DNA of 63,088 bases, counting the filler, from Choristocarpus tenellus KU-1152 (taxonomy: Eukaryota; Protista; Phaeophyceae): NCBI GenBank assembly GCA_964200185.2. It is 12 parts of 12 records of this genome, joined end to end, with 100 filler letters (N's around TTAATTAATTAA, not from the genome) between each part and the next. Parts side by side here need not be neighbours in the genome. Positions count along the whole stretch, not along the records: positions 26,199 to 28,873 come from CAXNAD020025741.1; positions 28,974 to 35,135 come from CAXNAD020008795.1; positions 35,236 to 37,894 come from CAXNAD020025887.1; positions 37,995 to 42,796 come from CAXNAD020013006.1; 8 more parts are not named here. One strand, given 5' to 3'. The position numbers and the translations under genes were made by a program. The notes beneath the pieces were generated by a model. That model ran no database searches, was not told the origin of the DNA, and saw only the letters and a list, made by a program, of their open reading frames with translations. This document shows, in pieces, positions 27,006-39,914 of the stretch (position 1 is its first letter; every line of letters begins with the position of its first letter).

Positions 27006-27529
27006 GAGTGAAAGTACCTTAGAGGGTACGAGTTTTGCCCTGTTCGTTTGGGGCTTGACTTCCCACATTTTTTTATTTCATTTTCCTATACAATGAAATG
27101 TTTCAGAGTAGGTAAACTGTATACAATATGAAAAGGCGTGTTGTCCGGAACTAGGATATTGACATTTCCTAATAAACACGATCGCCCAAATTGAATCAAC
27201 ATCGCAACATTGGATTTTAGCTCCCAAACGGATGCGGCTCTACCCTCTATCTAAGATTCTTTGAGAGGCAGAGTGTCTTAGAGGGTAGAACCGCGTCCAT
27301 TTAGGGGTCAAAATTCAATGTTACGATTTTGATGTAGTTTTGGCTATCGTTTTTATTAGGAGTGTCAATATCTATGTTTCAGACACGAATTTTCAAAACA
27401 TATACTTTTTTTCTACTCCGAAACATTTTGGAGTAGGAAAGTGTCATAAAAAGACCCATGTGAAGCCAAGCCCCAAATGGACAAGCAGGGCAAAATTCGT
27501 ACCCTCTAAGATACTTTCACTCTTGACTC
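27006..27529 (+). mobile_element. MITE family A, host of a nested copy in its right TIR
   Basis: GAGTGAAAGTACCTTAGAGGG start; the right terminus CTTTGA|CTC is split by an insertion. Confidence 0.8.
27265..27522 (-). mobile_element. MITE family A, nested inverted copy
   Basis: Ends CCCTCTAAGATACTTTCACTC; 4-bp TSD TTGA/TTGA. Confidence 0.85.
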
Positions 27530-28107
27530 CAAACATCCAACATGTATGTTTGCTCGCCACATCCTCTTGCCATGGTTGACTATCCTTGAAGAGCGACATG
27601 TGAAAAGGTAGCACCAAGTGCCCCAAGCAAACACGAACACGGCACAAACACATGGAGGGAGATGGTGGAAGAAGGTACTCTTCAGAATAGGAGACCAGAC
27701 AAGCAATGTCCCTTCCTTGGAGCAAATTCTATTCTTGATCTTGTAGAATAGGTCATATTTTGAGTAATATTGGGTAGATATTCCTTACCATGGGAAGACA
27801 TGCCATACCGAGGGAGGTGAAACCCGATATGTTGTCCTACAGAAACCCAAGCAGTGCCTTTCGCGTGTGCACTCTGCACTCTCTGACCATGACGTGTGCA
27901 GTAAAATGTCGTTGTCTCATTCTTGCCTTCACATCAGAACCTGGGCTTAAATGTCGATGTGGACACTACTTTCAATGAGCCTGTGGCACTGTGGATCTGA
28001 ATGGAGATGATGAGATGAATAGACTACTGTGTTTTGATTGCCACCCCCCCAAGGAGGAAAAGATTGACAAGGGTATTAGTGACCACAAGCCCATCGCTGT
28101 GACAAGG

Positions 28108-28364
28108 GAGTGAAAGTATCTTAGAGGGTACGAGTTTTGCCCTGTTTGTCCGTTTGGGGTTTGGCTACCCGTAATTTTGTTTTTTACATTTTCCCACTCC
28201 AATTTTTTTTGGAGTAGGTAAAATATATGCCTTACGAAAGGTGTGACTGGAACAAGGATATTGACACTTCCTAATAAATACGATGGCCAAAATTACATAA
28301 AATCGCAACATTGAATTTTGGCTCTCAAATGGACGCGTCTCTACCCTCTAAGATATTTTGGCTC
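28108..28364 (+). mobile_element. MITE family A, full copy
   Basis: Both TIRs present; 4-bp TSD AAGG/AAGG. Confidence 0.9.
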
Positions 28365-28774
28365 AAGGACTTAATCTCCTCCGACTTGGAAGCGATCCTT
28401 TTGCTATGGACAAGTTGCAACTGTCTGCCATGAGTACATACCTCTTATTTGTGTGTTGTGGTGCTATTTTCTGCACTTCTATATTGTTCGTGCCGTGTGA
28501 AGAAGGGTTTTGTGGATGTTTTCACTCTGAATACATTGCATCCAGTTGTCTGTAAGGTGCACTTAGGGCAGAGTGGACTGGATGGGGCAAGGTCGACCAG
28601 AGAAAAGGAATAATCAATATTTGAGACAGAACTGGTGGTTCTGATGCGAAGATACGAAACAAATAACAAACTCGAATCAATATCTAGAAAACTCGTATAC
28701 ATATGGCACAAACTAACCTTATATGTTTGACAAATGTCACCTGTCCCATGAACAGCCGATTTCAAAAATTGAGG

Positions 28775-28873
28775 ATGGAGCTTTTCATTGAGGATGGGCT
28801 TGACCCAATTTTTTTTATGACACTTTATCCCAGTCAATTTTGGGTCAAGCCCATCCTCAATGAAAAGCTCCAT
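28775..28873. repeat. Perfect 34-bp inverted repeat (repeat family C) at contig end
   Basis: Arms 28775-28808 and 28840-28873 are exact reverse complements; similar to 37758-37815. Confidence 0.85.
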
Positions 28874-28989
28874 NNNNNNNNNNNNNNNNNNNNNNNNNNN
28901 NNNNNNNNNNNNNNNNNTTAATTAATTAANNNNNNNNNNNNNNNNNNNNNNNNNNNNNNNNNNNNNNNNNNNNGGGAGTGAAGATGAAA

Positions 28990-29170
28990 GACTCAAAGTA
29001 TCTGGGGGGGGGGGAGGGGGGTCTACACCAGGGTGTCCATTCGGGCCCTATTCAGGAGAAGTGTATTTACAATATCCATCCGACACATGCAACCGTATTC
29101 ACCCAAAAATCACGACATGGAAAAATGGGCCCCGAATGACAACCGCCACCCCCCCCACATACTTTAAGCC
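28990..29170. mobile_element. MITE family B, full copy
   Basis: GACTCAAAGTATCTGGGG...ATACTTTAAGCC; 3-bp flank AAA/AAA. Confidence 0.8.
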
Positions 29171-32027
29171 AAAGATCGATTGTAATAAGCACTTGTACAA
29201 TCAAATATTTTCAAGTGCTGTTTACCCACCCCACTTCTTAGAATTACGAGAAGTATGTTGTGATAGAGAGGTTCTCAGTGACAGACAAGAAGACACAGGA
29301 CACAAAATAACTACAGGGAGGAGAGAGGTAGCGTAAATCCTTTAGAAGGCAAGCTTGTTTGCATGAGGTGTCCGTCTCTATCTGCATTATTATGCATGAT
29401 CAAAACAAAACAGAGTTGTGCAAGGGACGGACCTGTTAAGAATTCCGATGTTGTTACCCTCGCCACAACTGTTCTTGTTTGTTGACAAATCCAACGGACT
29501 AGCAACGTGTCTAACAATAAATCTAATCCTAACCCTAACCCTAACCCTAGAAAATACCTCCTTACTCGTTCCGAATAAAAAAAATGCTGCAGTCAGAGGG
29601 TAAGAAGCAACTTTAATGTTGGGAGTACAACCAGGTTCGGACCAACTGAAGGTGTCATCTATCGTCCAACACCAGAACATGCCATGTATGCCATTTCGAG
29701 GTCATGAGGCAGGAAAGGGTACTTGTCACTGACAAAAGGTCCGTGGTGGAGGTTTATTGCACAACTCATGTGATCATAGGAAGTGGGGCTGGTAAGGAGT
29801 CTTGAGCCCTCTGCTGTGATCTGGGGTGAGGATGAGCACAGTTGACCGCCGACCACTGCCCTTCCTCTTCACTAAGAAAAGACAAAAAAGGAAGGTAAAC
29901 AGCCATGTTGTTGGTCCAAAAGGGGGTACAAAATGGTTCAAAAGAAAATTTACCCATCGTTTGTTTGGAAGGACAGAGCAACAAAGAGGGTAATATTTGT
30001 TGATATGCAAAATGGTCCATTGGCCTGGAAATGGGGGGAATATTGATTAGAAGTACCCCATTTCGCACTTGGGTGCATCCATATAGCACCCCTTTGTAGC
30101 CCAAATTCACAGGAAGTGTACACTCAAATAACTTGTTTTTTCCATGTCTGCCGTAGATCCCCTTTCCTAGCCTTCCGAAAATGCTTCAAAATCCACGGAG
30201 TATTTTCATAGGCTTAATGAATTTTTCAGAATTGGAACAAAGGGAAGTCATTGAGGAGCAATCAACGTGAGAATTGAGGTCCAATTTCCTGTTGACAATC
30301 ATGTACTAATATTGATTTCCACGAATGTGACACACACATAAACACACACAAAGTATTCACAAAGCTAACAGAATTCACCTTCCAAAAAAAAAGAAGTCCA
30401 GCCAAAACATTAATAAATAACCATATACTTCAAGCACTCTCAGTATATACATCGAACTACTGTTGAGGTGACTGTATCCAGGCTGACACCTCAGGACACT
30501 AAAAATATAGATTTTATCGATTTATATTTTAGTTTTCTCACTACATGGAATATTATAAAGGAAATTTCCTTCCAGCAAGTACAAAAAAAAACTGAATTCT
30601 TTCACTACGAAAATATTTTCTCGGTCGTTTTCAGAAAAAAATAAATGTGAATTATCACCTAATACCGTCATTGAAAATCAATAACACATAAAAGAAAGGG
30701 TTAGGGATTTCCCTGACCAAAAGATCTTATACTTCCAAGTATCAAATAAAGAGGCGCAAATAACGTCACCCAAAACATCACAATACATCCATACGCCAAA
30801 TTCTTATATACCCCTTTCAAGTCCAAATACATGGTAATATTCCTACCCCCTTTCGACCCTCGAGCACTGTTCCTTTACCAAGAAGGAATTTTCCTTCTCA
30901 TCTTGTTGTTCGCAGACCACTTGGATCACATCTAGACCTGACACAAATCGCTACAGGAGGCGGGCTAAGTGCTTGAGACACAGGCGAGTACCATGTGAAT
31001 GAAGTAACCCATCATTCCACTCTGCTAGTGGCCCTTGATTATCTCAGTCAGTGAGAATATAGCAATACAAAAAATGGAAAATGTCAAATATTCGCAGCCA
31101 AAGGGATGCACTTGCACTGCGACACCCTTTCATATTCCAATCGCACTGAGTCTTAAGGAAGAGGCCAAGATGGGGGTATTATTACCACTGAGTTTTAAGG
31201 GCCGCTCTGCAATTGTTGTGGTACATGTTTTTGGAGCATGCATTGTGCAGGTGTGTAGTGTAGCTTATCTACTTTTGAGAGGTGCATTTAGTTTGCAAAC
31301 AAATCATGGATATTGATGGCCCTTGTCAAATGTCTTTATCTTTTCTTCTTCTCCTTCTCCTTGAAAATATACTTTCCTAAACAACTCACAAAAGTCAAAA
31401 CTCCCTTCCCTCTTGGTTAGGATACTTTTACTCAGTATTGCTATGCATGTTACTATTGTTTTCGTTCACATCGTGCCATTCTTCATCACAATGCCAAAGG
31501 TTTGGGAGGCATTGGGTGATATATTTGTCTCAACCCTAACCCTCACCTTACGTCAAACCCTTATACAATTGTAACAGTCGCAAGGAAAAACTAATAGAAA
31601 GCAGTATTGCCCATTCTGTATGCACTATCAAGTACTGCATATTTGTTTACAAAAACCTAATCTGTAGTAGGGACGTCTAGAGTTGTGAATAGGCACCTAT
31701 ACAACAAATGCCTCCCCAATACTTGATGTTCTATTGCTACAGCTCCTCTTGATGATCAGTTGTCGGATGTGAATTGACAGCATGTACCATACATCGATAT
31801 GCCAATCCACAGCTCTAAAATGGTCCATCCAATCAATCCCTTTCTTGGTACACAAGAGTATGTGTATGTGCGACATGAGTTGAAGAGGTCAGGTGTATTT
31901 CAGGGTGGGGTGTGAGTCAGGATATATGTAACATTCCATTGGACGGTTATACAATAGCAGTGCCCCCCCCCAAAAAGTTTACAACGACTTATCCAATCAC
32001 ATGGGGGCGGACCACATGCACACTTGC

Positions 32028-34810
32028 CTGCTTTGCCAAGCTGATTGCCCCTGTACGACCAAAGTCAATGGCCCCGGTATCTGTCATGTAGGCCTCTAAA
32101 AGGGACTGCACATGGCAGGTAGACAGCACAGAAACACAAGCAACAGGCCCGGGGAGGTGGTTTTGGTGGTGGTCGTGATGTTGTTGGTGGTGGTGAAAGG
32201 AAGCACGGGTGGGAATGATAAGAGCTCTGTGGTATGTTCAGGTGTTGCATAAAATGTAAAAGTGGGCGAAGTTTGAATGTGCAGAGGTCTGTGGCATGTC
32301 CAGGCAGTGTTGTGTGAATCAAACGCATTTGTGATCGTGATTGTTTCAATTTTTATTGTTTTCATAATTCCAATAAAAAAATATCGTACATGCATCGAGT
32401 GCAAAAATGAAAAAAAATTAGGCATGCGAGTTAGTGCGATTGCTTTCTTTTCTTTTGGTATCTTTTTTTACCCTTCACTTTTGGATTTCAATAAATTGCA
32501 ATTCAAGTCGAATACATTAATTTCAATAATAAATTGCAATTCACTTTTCTGTGGCTTGCTTTTGCTCAAGGTTGTGACATTGGCCATGTCAAGCCTCAAT
32601 CTGGATAAATAAAAAAATCAACATCGTGATGCAAGCCTAAGAGAGTCCCCACCAAAAAAACAATAATTTAATCATCAATTAATATTGTGTTTTGCTATTA
32701 GTATCGTATTTTAACTCCAATGATAGATGATGCGTGGGTTGGGTTGGAGCCAATCTTTCTCAGGCAGAGGAGAGGAAAACAAACCCCAAATAGAATTTCT
32801 TTTTGAAGTGGCACACGCCATTTTGGAGCAAAACTCAACGAGATCCCTGTACATGTACCTCTTATTGGTCAAGTTTTGGGTTAGAGCCGGGTTATACAAA
32901 CAACTTTGCGTTATTGTTGTAGTTTGTTTTAGGGCACCTCTGTCATCATATCCACCACATCCTTAGCATCACGTGCAGTGACCTCCTCCCGCAGATCGAC
33001 CTTGGCACGCGCCTGCATCATCACTAAGGGTTAGGGCTAGGGTTTGAAGGGGGATGGTAGGGGGGGTGAGGGGGTGTTAGGGCCCCCAAATATTTTAAGC
33101 CAATGGTCTTAATTCCGACTGTTCCACATATTCTCAGTAACCCTAAACCTAACCCTAATCCTCATTCACTGTAGACCTGAGACAGGCAGGCGCTTGGCTG
33201 CTGAACATAGTCCAAATATTTATGTATCACATCTGTGTGAGGATTGCAAATTTACTCACACATGCACGTATGATATTCCGCACTCAGAGATTGTTCAGAA
33301 GAAAATTCCTCAGGAAAAATCAGAGCCGTGAATCAAAAGTTCCCAAAAAAATATTTTTGATGTCAAAGTTTTGAATCAATCGAAGAGCTTCCACGAACTC
33401 AATTGCAATAAAATAACGCACACAATTTGCACGGTAGTGTGCGCATTCTTGAAAAACAAAACAAAAAGAATCACCCCTCGATTTTTGACTTTGAATTTTG
33501 ATTGTGTGATTTAATCAAACCGAGGTGATTCGCCACACAAACGGCGGTACACCCTGGTATGCTATGGTGTTCTTGGTACTGTTAATACTACCCAAGACAG
33601 CAAAACAGTTTGAAAAGGAACCAACCAATCAACAGCAGTTGTCTATTGACCAGAATGGTTTATCTCAAAATGGGAGATCAAACTAAGGGTAGTTACCTGT
33701 TCGTGAACAGCGGGGAAGAGAGGTAGGTTCATGCTTGAATGGCACCGGGGCACTCCAATAAGATGCTCTTAAAATATGTATATGTGCAAAAGAGCACCCA
33801 TCGGGATCTCTCCCCTCTACATCGCAAGAGGAGTTGGATGAGGATGGAACCCCCAAAGAACACTCGTTAGAATTGTGAACCGCCTCCGATGATTAAACTA
33901 ATCTGCAGCATCCAATTAATCTCCAAAAGAACTGAAAACCAAGTGAACAAAAAAAATATAACAATGACCCGACTATAATGTTTGCGCATCAACTGCATGC
34001 ACACGCCTCCCAATGTTCCCGTGTGTATCGTGACTGATGCACATGTACGCATCATCATTGCTATATATTATTATTTCCTTTTTTATACCAACTTGCAAAA
34101 GCCTTCTTGTTTCACATCTCCTCTGGATAACGTTCTGGATATGGACTAAGAAAATGGTTGGGTGGGATAGGTATTCTAAACCAGAAAGGTGGCTGTACAA
34201 AACAACAATTGACGAAAATAAATGAAAATAAAATTACTAGAAACAAAAGGAGGGGGGGGAGGGGAGGGAGAGCAGGTGAGTAAGTGAAACAAAAGAAAAT
34301 TCAAAGTCCATTTTTGCAAACACCACAGCTATTTTTGACTAAAGTAGGTACTTAGATCATTCATCAATAACTCCTGTACCCTTCTGCCAACACCTCACAC
34401 TATCAGTCCGCAAATATGAGGGGTTTCCTTTAATACTAGTAGGCAGGCCGCCCATAAAACGATCCTTCACATCTCCTTGGGATGGACGGACTACTACTGC
34501 AAAAAAAGAAAAACGCCCCCGAGGAGACAGCAGGGGGTTGAAGATGGATGGAAATCACCAGTCACCCCCCCGGAGTCTACAACACCACCTCCTCAGCCCA
34601 ACGATTTAAAAAAAAAAAAAGCACGAACCCCTTCCACACCTGGGAAAGGCGTACAAGCGACTCTAGCTGACGCGTTGTGATTGGCATGGACCTGCCGTCT
34701 CTGGCTTCAGAGCGCATGGCGAGGTACAGGTTTTGAAGTACTTTAGCTGCTGAGGCAGTCAGTCGGGGGTGGCAGTAGGCTCTGGCGTAGGCTATGTATT
34801 TCTTGAGCAG
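32028..34810 (-). CDS. MCM8: MCM8 helicase, C-terminal AAA-lid exons (partial)
   Basis: Exons 34810-34640 (LLKKYIAYARAYCHPRLTASAAKVLQNLYLAMRSE...MPITTRQLESLVRLSQ), 33012-32938 (ARAKVDLREEVTARDAKDVVDMMTE), 32105-32028 (SLLEAYMTDTGAIDFGRTGAISLAKQ). PITTRQLESL plus the GxxDFxR tail favour MCM8 among MCM paralogs. Confidence 0.8.
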
Positions 34811-35047
34811 CTGTTGTTGGACGTCATGTCAAGATTTTTTTAAATATGTGAGTGGAGGGAAATTTGTAAATATATATATTACATATGTATGTATGTATGT
34901 ATGTACGTATGTATGTATGTATGTACGTATGTATGTATGTATGTATGTATAGAGAGAGAGAGAGAACTGGAGCCTCAATCTTATGCACTTAACTGTAGTT
35001 GTTAAATTCGATTTGAATTTGATCAAGAAAAATTTGACTCAAACTTC

Positions 35048-35081
<34 letters not shown>

Positions 35082-35904
35082 AAAAAAATAAAAATAAGCT
35101 TCTATAAAAAACAAACAAAAAAAAAAAAAAAAAAANNNNNNNNNNNNNNNNNNNNNNNNNNNNNNNNNNNNNNNNNNNNTTAATTAATTAANNNNNNNNN
35201 NNNNNNNNNNNNNNNNNNNNNNNNNNNNNNNNNNNCCCTTAAAAAGTGCCGCAACATCTACAAAAAAAAACACATGGGCACTTTCCGCGCACCATTTTGG
35301 GAAAATCCATCCTCCATGAAATGATCCATCTGCCATTATCTCGATCCACTGTTAAGGGATGAACACACCTACCACTCCGTGCCAGATTGATGTTTTGTTT
35401 GACTGACTCCTCAACGTAAGGAAATTCAAAGTAGAAATTCAAAATATCGATTTTGTTCCATTTGCAGTCACACCATGGTATGAAATATAATATGATATGG
35501 GTTATTAACTGTGGGAGTACTGATCCATGGGCGGGTGAGAGGTAGGCTGCGAAGCTCAATCATACTCAAAACGAATGGGACAAACATGGAGTTCCATTCA
35601 TAGAAAAGTAGGGACTCATCTGTGGTACCTAGTGTCTAGCCAGGAGGAACTACGGAAGATATGGGGGGGAAAGCTAAAGCCCAACACTCCCTAGAATGTG
35701 AAACAGTTGAGGTTGAACTTTGCAGAATGATTTGATTACTCTCATCGTGCAGGCAAGTACAGAAGAAACTGAGCAACGATTACAACAGGTAGGTATGTAC
35801 TTACATTACGTAGTATATCAATACATTAGGAGGTGACTCTAAAAGACAACAACGGTCCACCTGGAGAGCGGCGACATAGGTTTCCCAGAGTCAGGGCTAG
35901 TGGA

Positions 35905-36077
35905 GACTCAAAGTTTCTTGAAGGGGGGGTTCTACACCAGGGTGTCCATTCGGGCCCTGACCAGGAGAAGTTCACTTGCATTGTCCATCCGACATATGCA
36001 ATCAAATTCACCCAAAAATCGTGGTAGAGAAAACTGGGCCCCAAATGGACAGCCCCCACCCCCAGATACTTTGAGCC
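35905..36077. mobile_element. MITE family B, full copy
   Basis: GACTCAAAGTTTCTTG...CCCAGATACTTTGAGCC; flanks TGGA/TGAA (one mismatch). Confidence 0.8.
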
Positions 36078-37094
36078 TGAAGTGAGGTCACACCCCTCGT
36101 TATGAGGAAGGCAAGTGAGATCAGGGAGGAACGTCGAACGCTATATATATCCCCCCGATTGAGACATCTTCCATTACCCTTATGTGCCCTCTTTCTTTTC
36201 TTCAATTGCCTTTAGCAGTACACCCACAATGTTCTTTTGTGGTCCCTTCCTTGCTTTGTTTTGGATTCCCTCGCGGTCCTCGTCTGGATGAGGGTCAATC
36301 AAGATCGTATCTTACAACGGCCGTCTTTTTAAGGGGACTGCCAAACGCCGACACTTGCTGGCAAAATGGGTAATTACATAGTGACCAGTGAGACAAGATA
36401 TCATTCAGAAATGTTGGGGGCCTTGTGTCCTCCGTGTGTATTGTGGAGCAATGTACTGCGATCTCTTGGGCTTATCGACAGAACTGGTGGGGGCAACCGA
36501 AAAGCAAAGGCAGAATTGCTGGTTTCATCTTAGGTGTATAGAACGAAGGGACCAACTGGAACAGAAACATAGCCGTTGAAGTACTAAAGATATTACAGCG
36601 TTCAAGCGTTACACAGCGTTCAAGCGTTACAACCGTTGGACCAACTACTGCCACAAAAGAGGGAACAAAGAAGGGAGCCGTAGGATATCTTCCCTGTATG
36701 ATCGCATACAAGGTGAACCAATGCTTCATTTGCCTGGTATTAAGTCTTCCAGACCGCACTTAGGACACTCATCCTACATCCTCTGCGACAACCGGACGCC
36801 GTCAAGCTTACCAGTGACATCCCTTTAGCCCACAAAAAAACGACTCACCTTATCTCTTCAATAGCAATTTCAGTTGAATGGATCAAACGTTCAGCTGAGT
36901 AAACCTAGGATGAACCTAGCAACCCCTTTCGTAATAGATTCAGCCCTAAGGTAAACTCAGAACATAGCCCTAGGATTCAATGTCACCACCAAACACAAAA
37001 ATTTCCTAGAAAGGTGCCCTTGTAAAGACTAGGTGTGACTGTATCGAGTTGACTGTGCTAAAACAGAGACTCCTGTTCACAGCGTCAACTGCGC

Positions 37095-37275
37095 GCATGG
37101 GGAATTAGAGACTTCCAACAACGTTGATGTTCGTGGAAATTGCAGGTGGAAGACCACAGCAAGGTAGACCCAAGAATAACCAGTGGATGTGCCTGCAAGA
37201 CGACCTTGACAAGTTCGGGATTATGGTTCAGGGACGGAGTGTAAGGAGAACAAACTTGCCTAGATGGTACGAGTT
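37095..37275 (+). mobile_element. RTE-type LINE ORF2 C-terminal remnant
   Basis: RLPTTLMFVEIAGGRPQQGRPKNNQWMCLQDDLDKFGI...RWYE resembles the RTE tail RLPKxxMFGELxGGxRxxGRPxxxWxxCLxDDLxxFGI. Confidence 0.6.
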
Positions 37276-37283
37276 TTGTGGTT

Positions 37284-37468
37284 TAGCTTTGGCTATCGTT
37301 TTGTTAGGAAGTGTCAATATTCTTGTTCCGAACACACTTTTTCATAACGTACACATTTTACCTATTTTGAAACATTTTAGAGTAGAAAAATGTTAAAAAA
37401 AAACCTTGGGAAGCCAAACCTCAAATGGACAAACATGCCAAACTCGTACCCTCTAAGATACTTTCACT
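37284..37468 (-). mobile_element. MITE family A, truncated
   Basis: Ends AACTCGTACCCTCTAAGATACTTTCACT. Confidence 0.8.
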
Positions 37469-39650
37469 AAGACGTGTGAGTGAGTGAGAGAGGATTAAGA
37501 AATATGGATGTATTTGCTACAGAGAGGGGGAGGATGGGGCATGGAATAGATATTTACTGATGATATGTTGCCATGGAAAGTGTTAATGTTATAGTAGACT
37601 TTTTTTATGAAGACATTTGGACATTAACAATAAGGGAAAAATATGGCAGCAATTAATTAGAGTTTGTTCGTAACCAGATGGAGGGATGGCCAGTCTCGAT
37701 GACAAGGGTACCTCATTCACAAACAGACACACAGAACAGCCTCCCAGCGAAATTGACGATGGAGCATATTATGGAGGATAGGTTTGACCCAAAATTGTCC
37801 CGGTAAAAGTGTCGATATGTTTTTTCGTAAATGCTGCGGCACTTTTTAAGGGCCCCTTTTTGAACGGGATATATTTTAGATAAAAAAATATTTCNNNNNN
37901 NNNNNNNNNNNNNNNNNNNNNNNNNNNNNNNNNNNNNNTTAATTAATTAANNNNNNNNNNNNNNNNNNNNNNNNNNNNNNNNNNNNNNNNNNNNCTCCTC
38001 CCCACGTGTTGGCGTAAGTGGAAGGGGGGGGGGGGGGTGGGGGGGGGGGGGGGGGGGGTGGTCAATTTCGGGTGGGGTAGATGTGTTCTAGTTCCATAGA
38101 GTAGTATGGCAGTGGATCGAAGTGCAGTATATTGAATGATTTTAGGGCGTTCTTGGGTGGATGTGGAGTATCATGGATGGATGTGGAGCATTTTGGGAGG
38201 ATTCATGTGGGAGAGGATTCGTGGGAATTGTTCACATTGGTCTGTCGAGTGGGTACCACTGGCGGAAACAGGCCGCATTAGTTGGTTATTGGGTACGAAG
38301 AGACTGGTTGTATAGTTGGTGTGGTCACAATGGTTCTGCTGTGACGGTGGTGTGATATTATGTGAGTGATGTGATGTCAGTTGAAGAGGAGTGGAGTGGA
38401 TATAAGGTCAAGAGGTCCTAACAAAATTATCCCATAACTTATGAGCAAAGCAAACCAAGTCACACGTGTCCATCCACCCTGTATGCCAGCAGTGCAATCT
38501 CTCGTCCTTGCTGGTAGTCTCGCCCACGGGCTCGTGCATCTCCGTAAAAAGTAATGAAAGAATACATAATAACCAGCGCCAGCTCTTTGGATCCCTCTTG
38601 TATATGTACCGAATGTAATAAAACTACGTAACTCCTGCCCTTGCAAGCCTAATAATAGGGCTGCCTTTTCTCTTTCCGACTTCTTTGAACTTTGAGAAAT
38701 ATTATTAAGATATAATTGGTCATCTCTACACAACCCTACATCTACCCATACTACTTCATGTCCTTACTATTACGAACACTGTTCCTCGCGCTTAGGATCG
38801 TCCGCGCGCTTGCGCAATCTTCTTTCCGAAATACAATTTCCAGAAAAAATATATTTGCAGCACCAGGTTAGAGCGTTCACATCAGGACGAGAGACGGTAC
38901 TGGTAGCAAGGTGACGTAGGATTATAAGTTGTGGGTTGTTTAGAGATGTGTAGTATTAAGTCTCAGATTTCAAACAAGTTGGAAAGAGGACGTGCAAATA
39001 TATAGAACCAGTACGTTTACAAGGGAAGGAATTACTCGGTTTTATACGATACTTACTTGACTCAAGAGGGACCAACAGAGCCAGTACGCACGAGTTTTCT
39101 ACTTCTCGAATTGTAGGCATGAGCGCACGGGCAAGCCTAACTGCATGGACCAGAGTCGATACAGGTAATGTACAGACGGAGACAGATGGACAGGAATTGC
39201 TTGGTTTTATTGGGTATATACATGAGAGGTACTCAAAAGATCGTAAGGTCCCTTTTTTGGATCATTATTGTACCTAATTGTTAGACTTGATTGAAGATGC
39301 AGATGTTGAATGATCTGTTGGCCGCTTTCAAAGTCAAAGCTACACACCGACCCCAGCTGTAAAATTGTCCTCACAATCCAGTATTAGCTCGATCGTCAAT
39401 TTTTGCACAGGCAAGGCACAGGCCCACCCCCAGCATACCCCACACCTTCTAACCAGGCACAACCCCCTCCTGTTCCTTTCTTCCTGATGCAGCTGGAATC
39501 CGTGGCTGCTTGCTGGTGGAGCCTCTCCTCTTTTTCCTGGGCACAGACACATAACCCAACTCTGTAACCTTACCCCTTCTGCTCCTCAAGCACCGCGGCT
39601 ACCCTTTCGCCCCCAGTAGAGCCCCACATCTTTTATATCCAGGCACATAC

Positions 39651-39914
39651 GTCTGAAAGTATCTTAGAGGGTACGGGTTTTTCCCTATTTGTCCATTTGG
39701 GGCTTGACTAGCCATATATTTGTTTATGACATCTTATTGCCTACTCCTAAATGTTTCAGAGAAGGACAAATGTGTATGTTATGAAAATATGTATCCGGAA
39801 CAAGGATATATTGACACTTCCTAACAAAACAATAGCCAGAATTACATCAAACTCGCAACTTTGGATTTTGGGACGCAAACAGACGCATCTATACCCTCTA
39901 AGATATTTTGACTC
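39651..39914 (+). mobile_element. MITE family A, full copy
   Basis: GTCTGAAAGTATCTTAGAGGGTA...CCCTCTAAGATATTTTGACTC; flanks ATAC/AAAC (one mismatch). Confidence 0.85.

Larger units (their letters stand above)
35236..37852. mobile_element. Putative non-autonomous TIR element (family C ends), ~2.6 kb
   Basis: 35236-35330 (CCCTTAAAAAGTGCCGCA...) is a diverged reverse complement of 37758-37852 (...TGCGGCACTTTTTAAGGG). No TSD can be tested and no transposase was seen. Confidence 0.45.

Noticed and set aside
27990-28107. SDHKPI motif suggesting an EEP/LINE endonuclease
   Set aside because: A single short motif with no other endonuclease motifs nearby.
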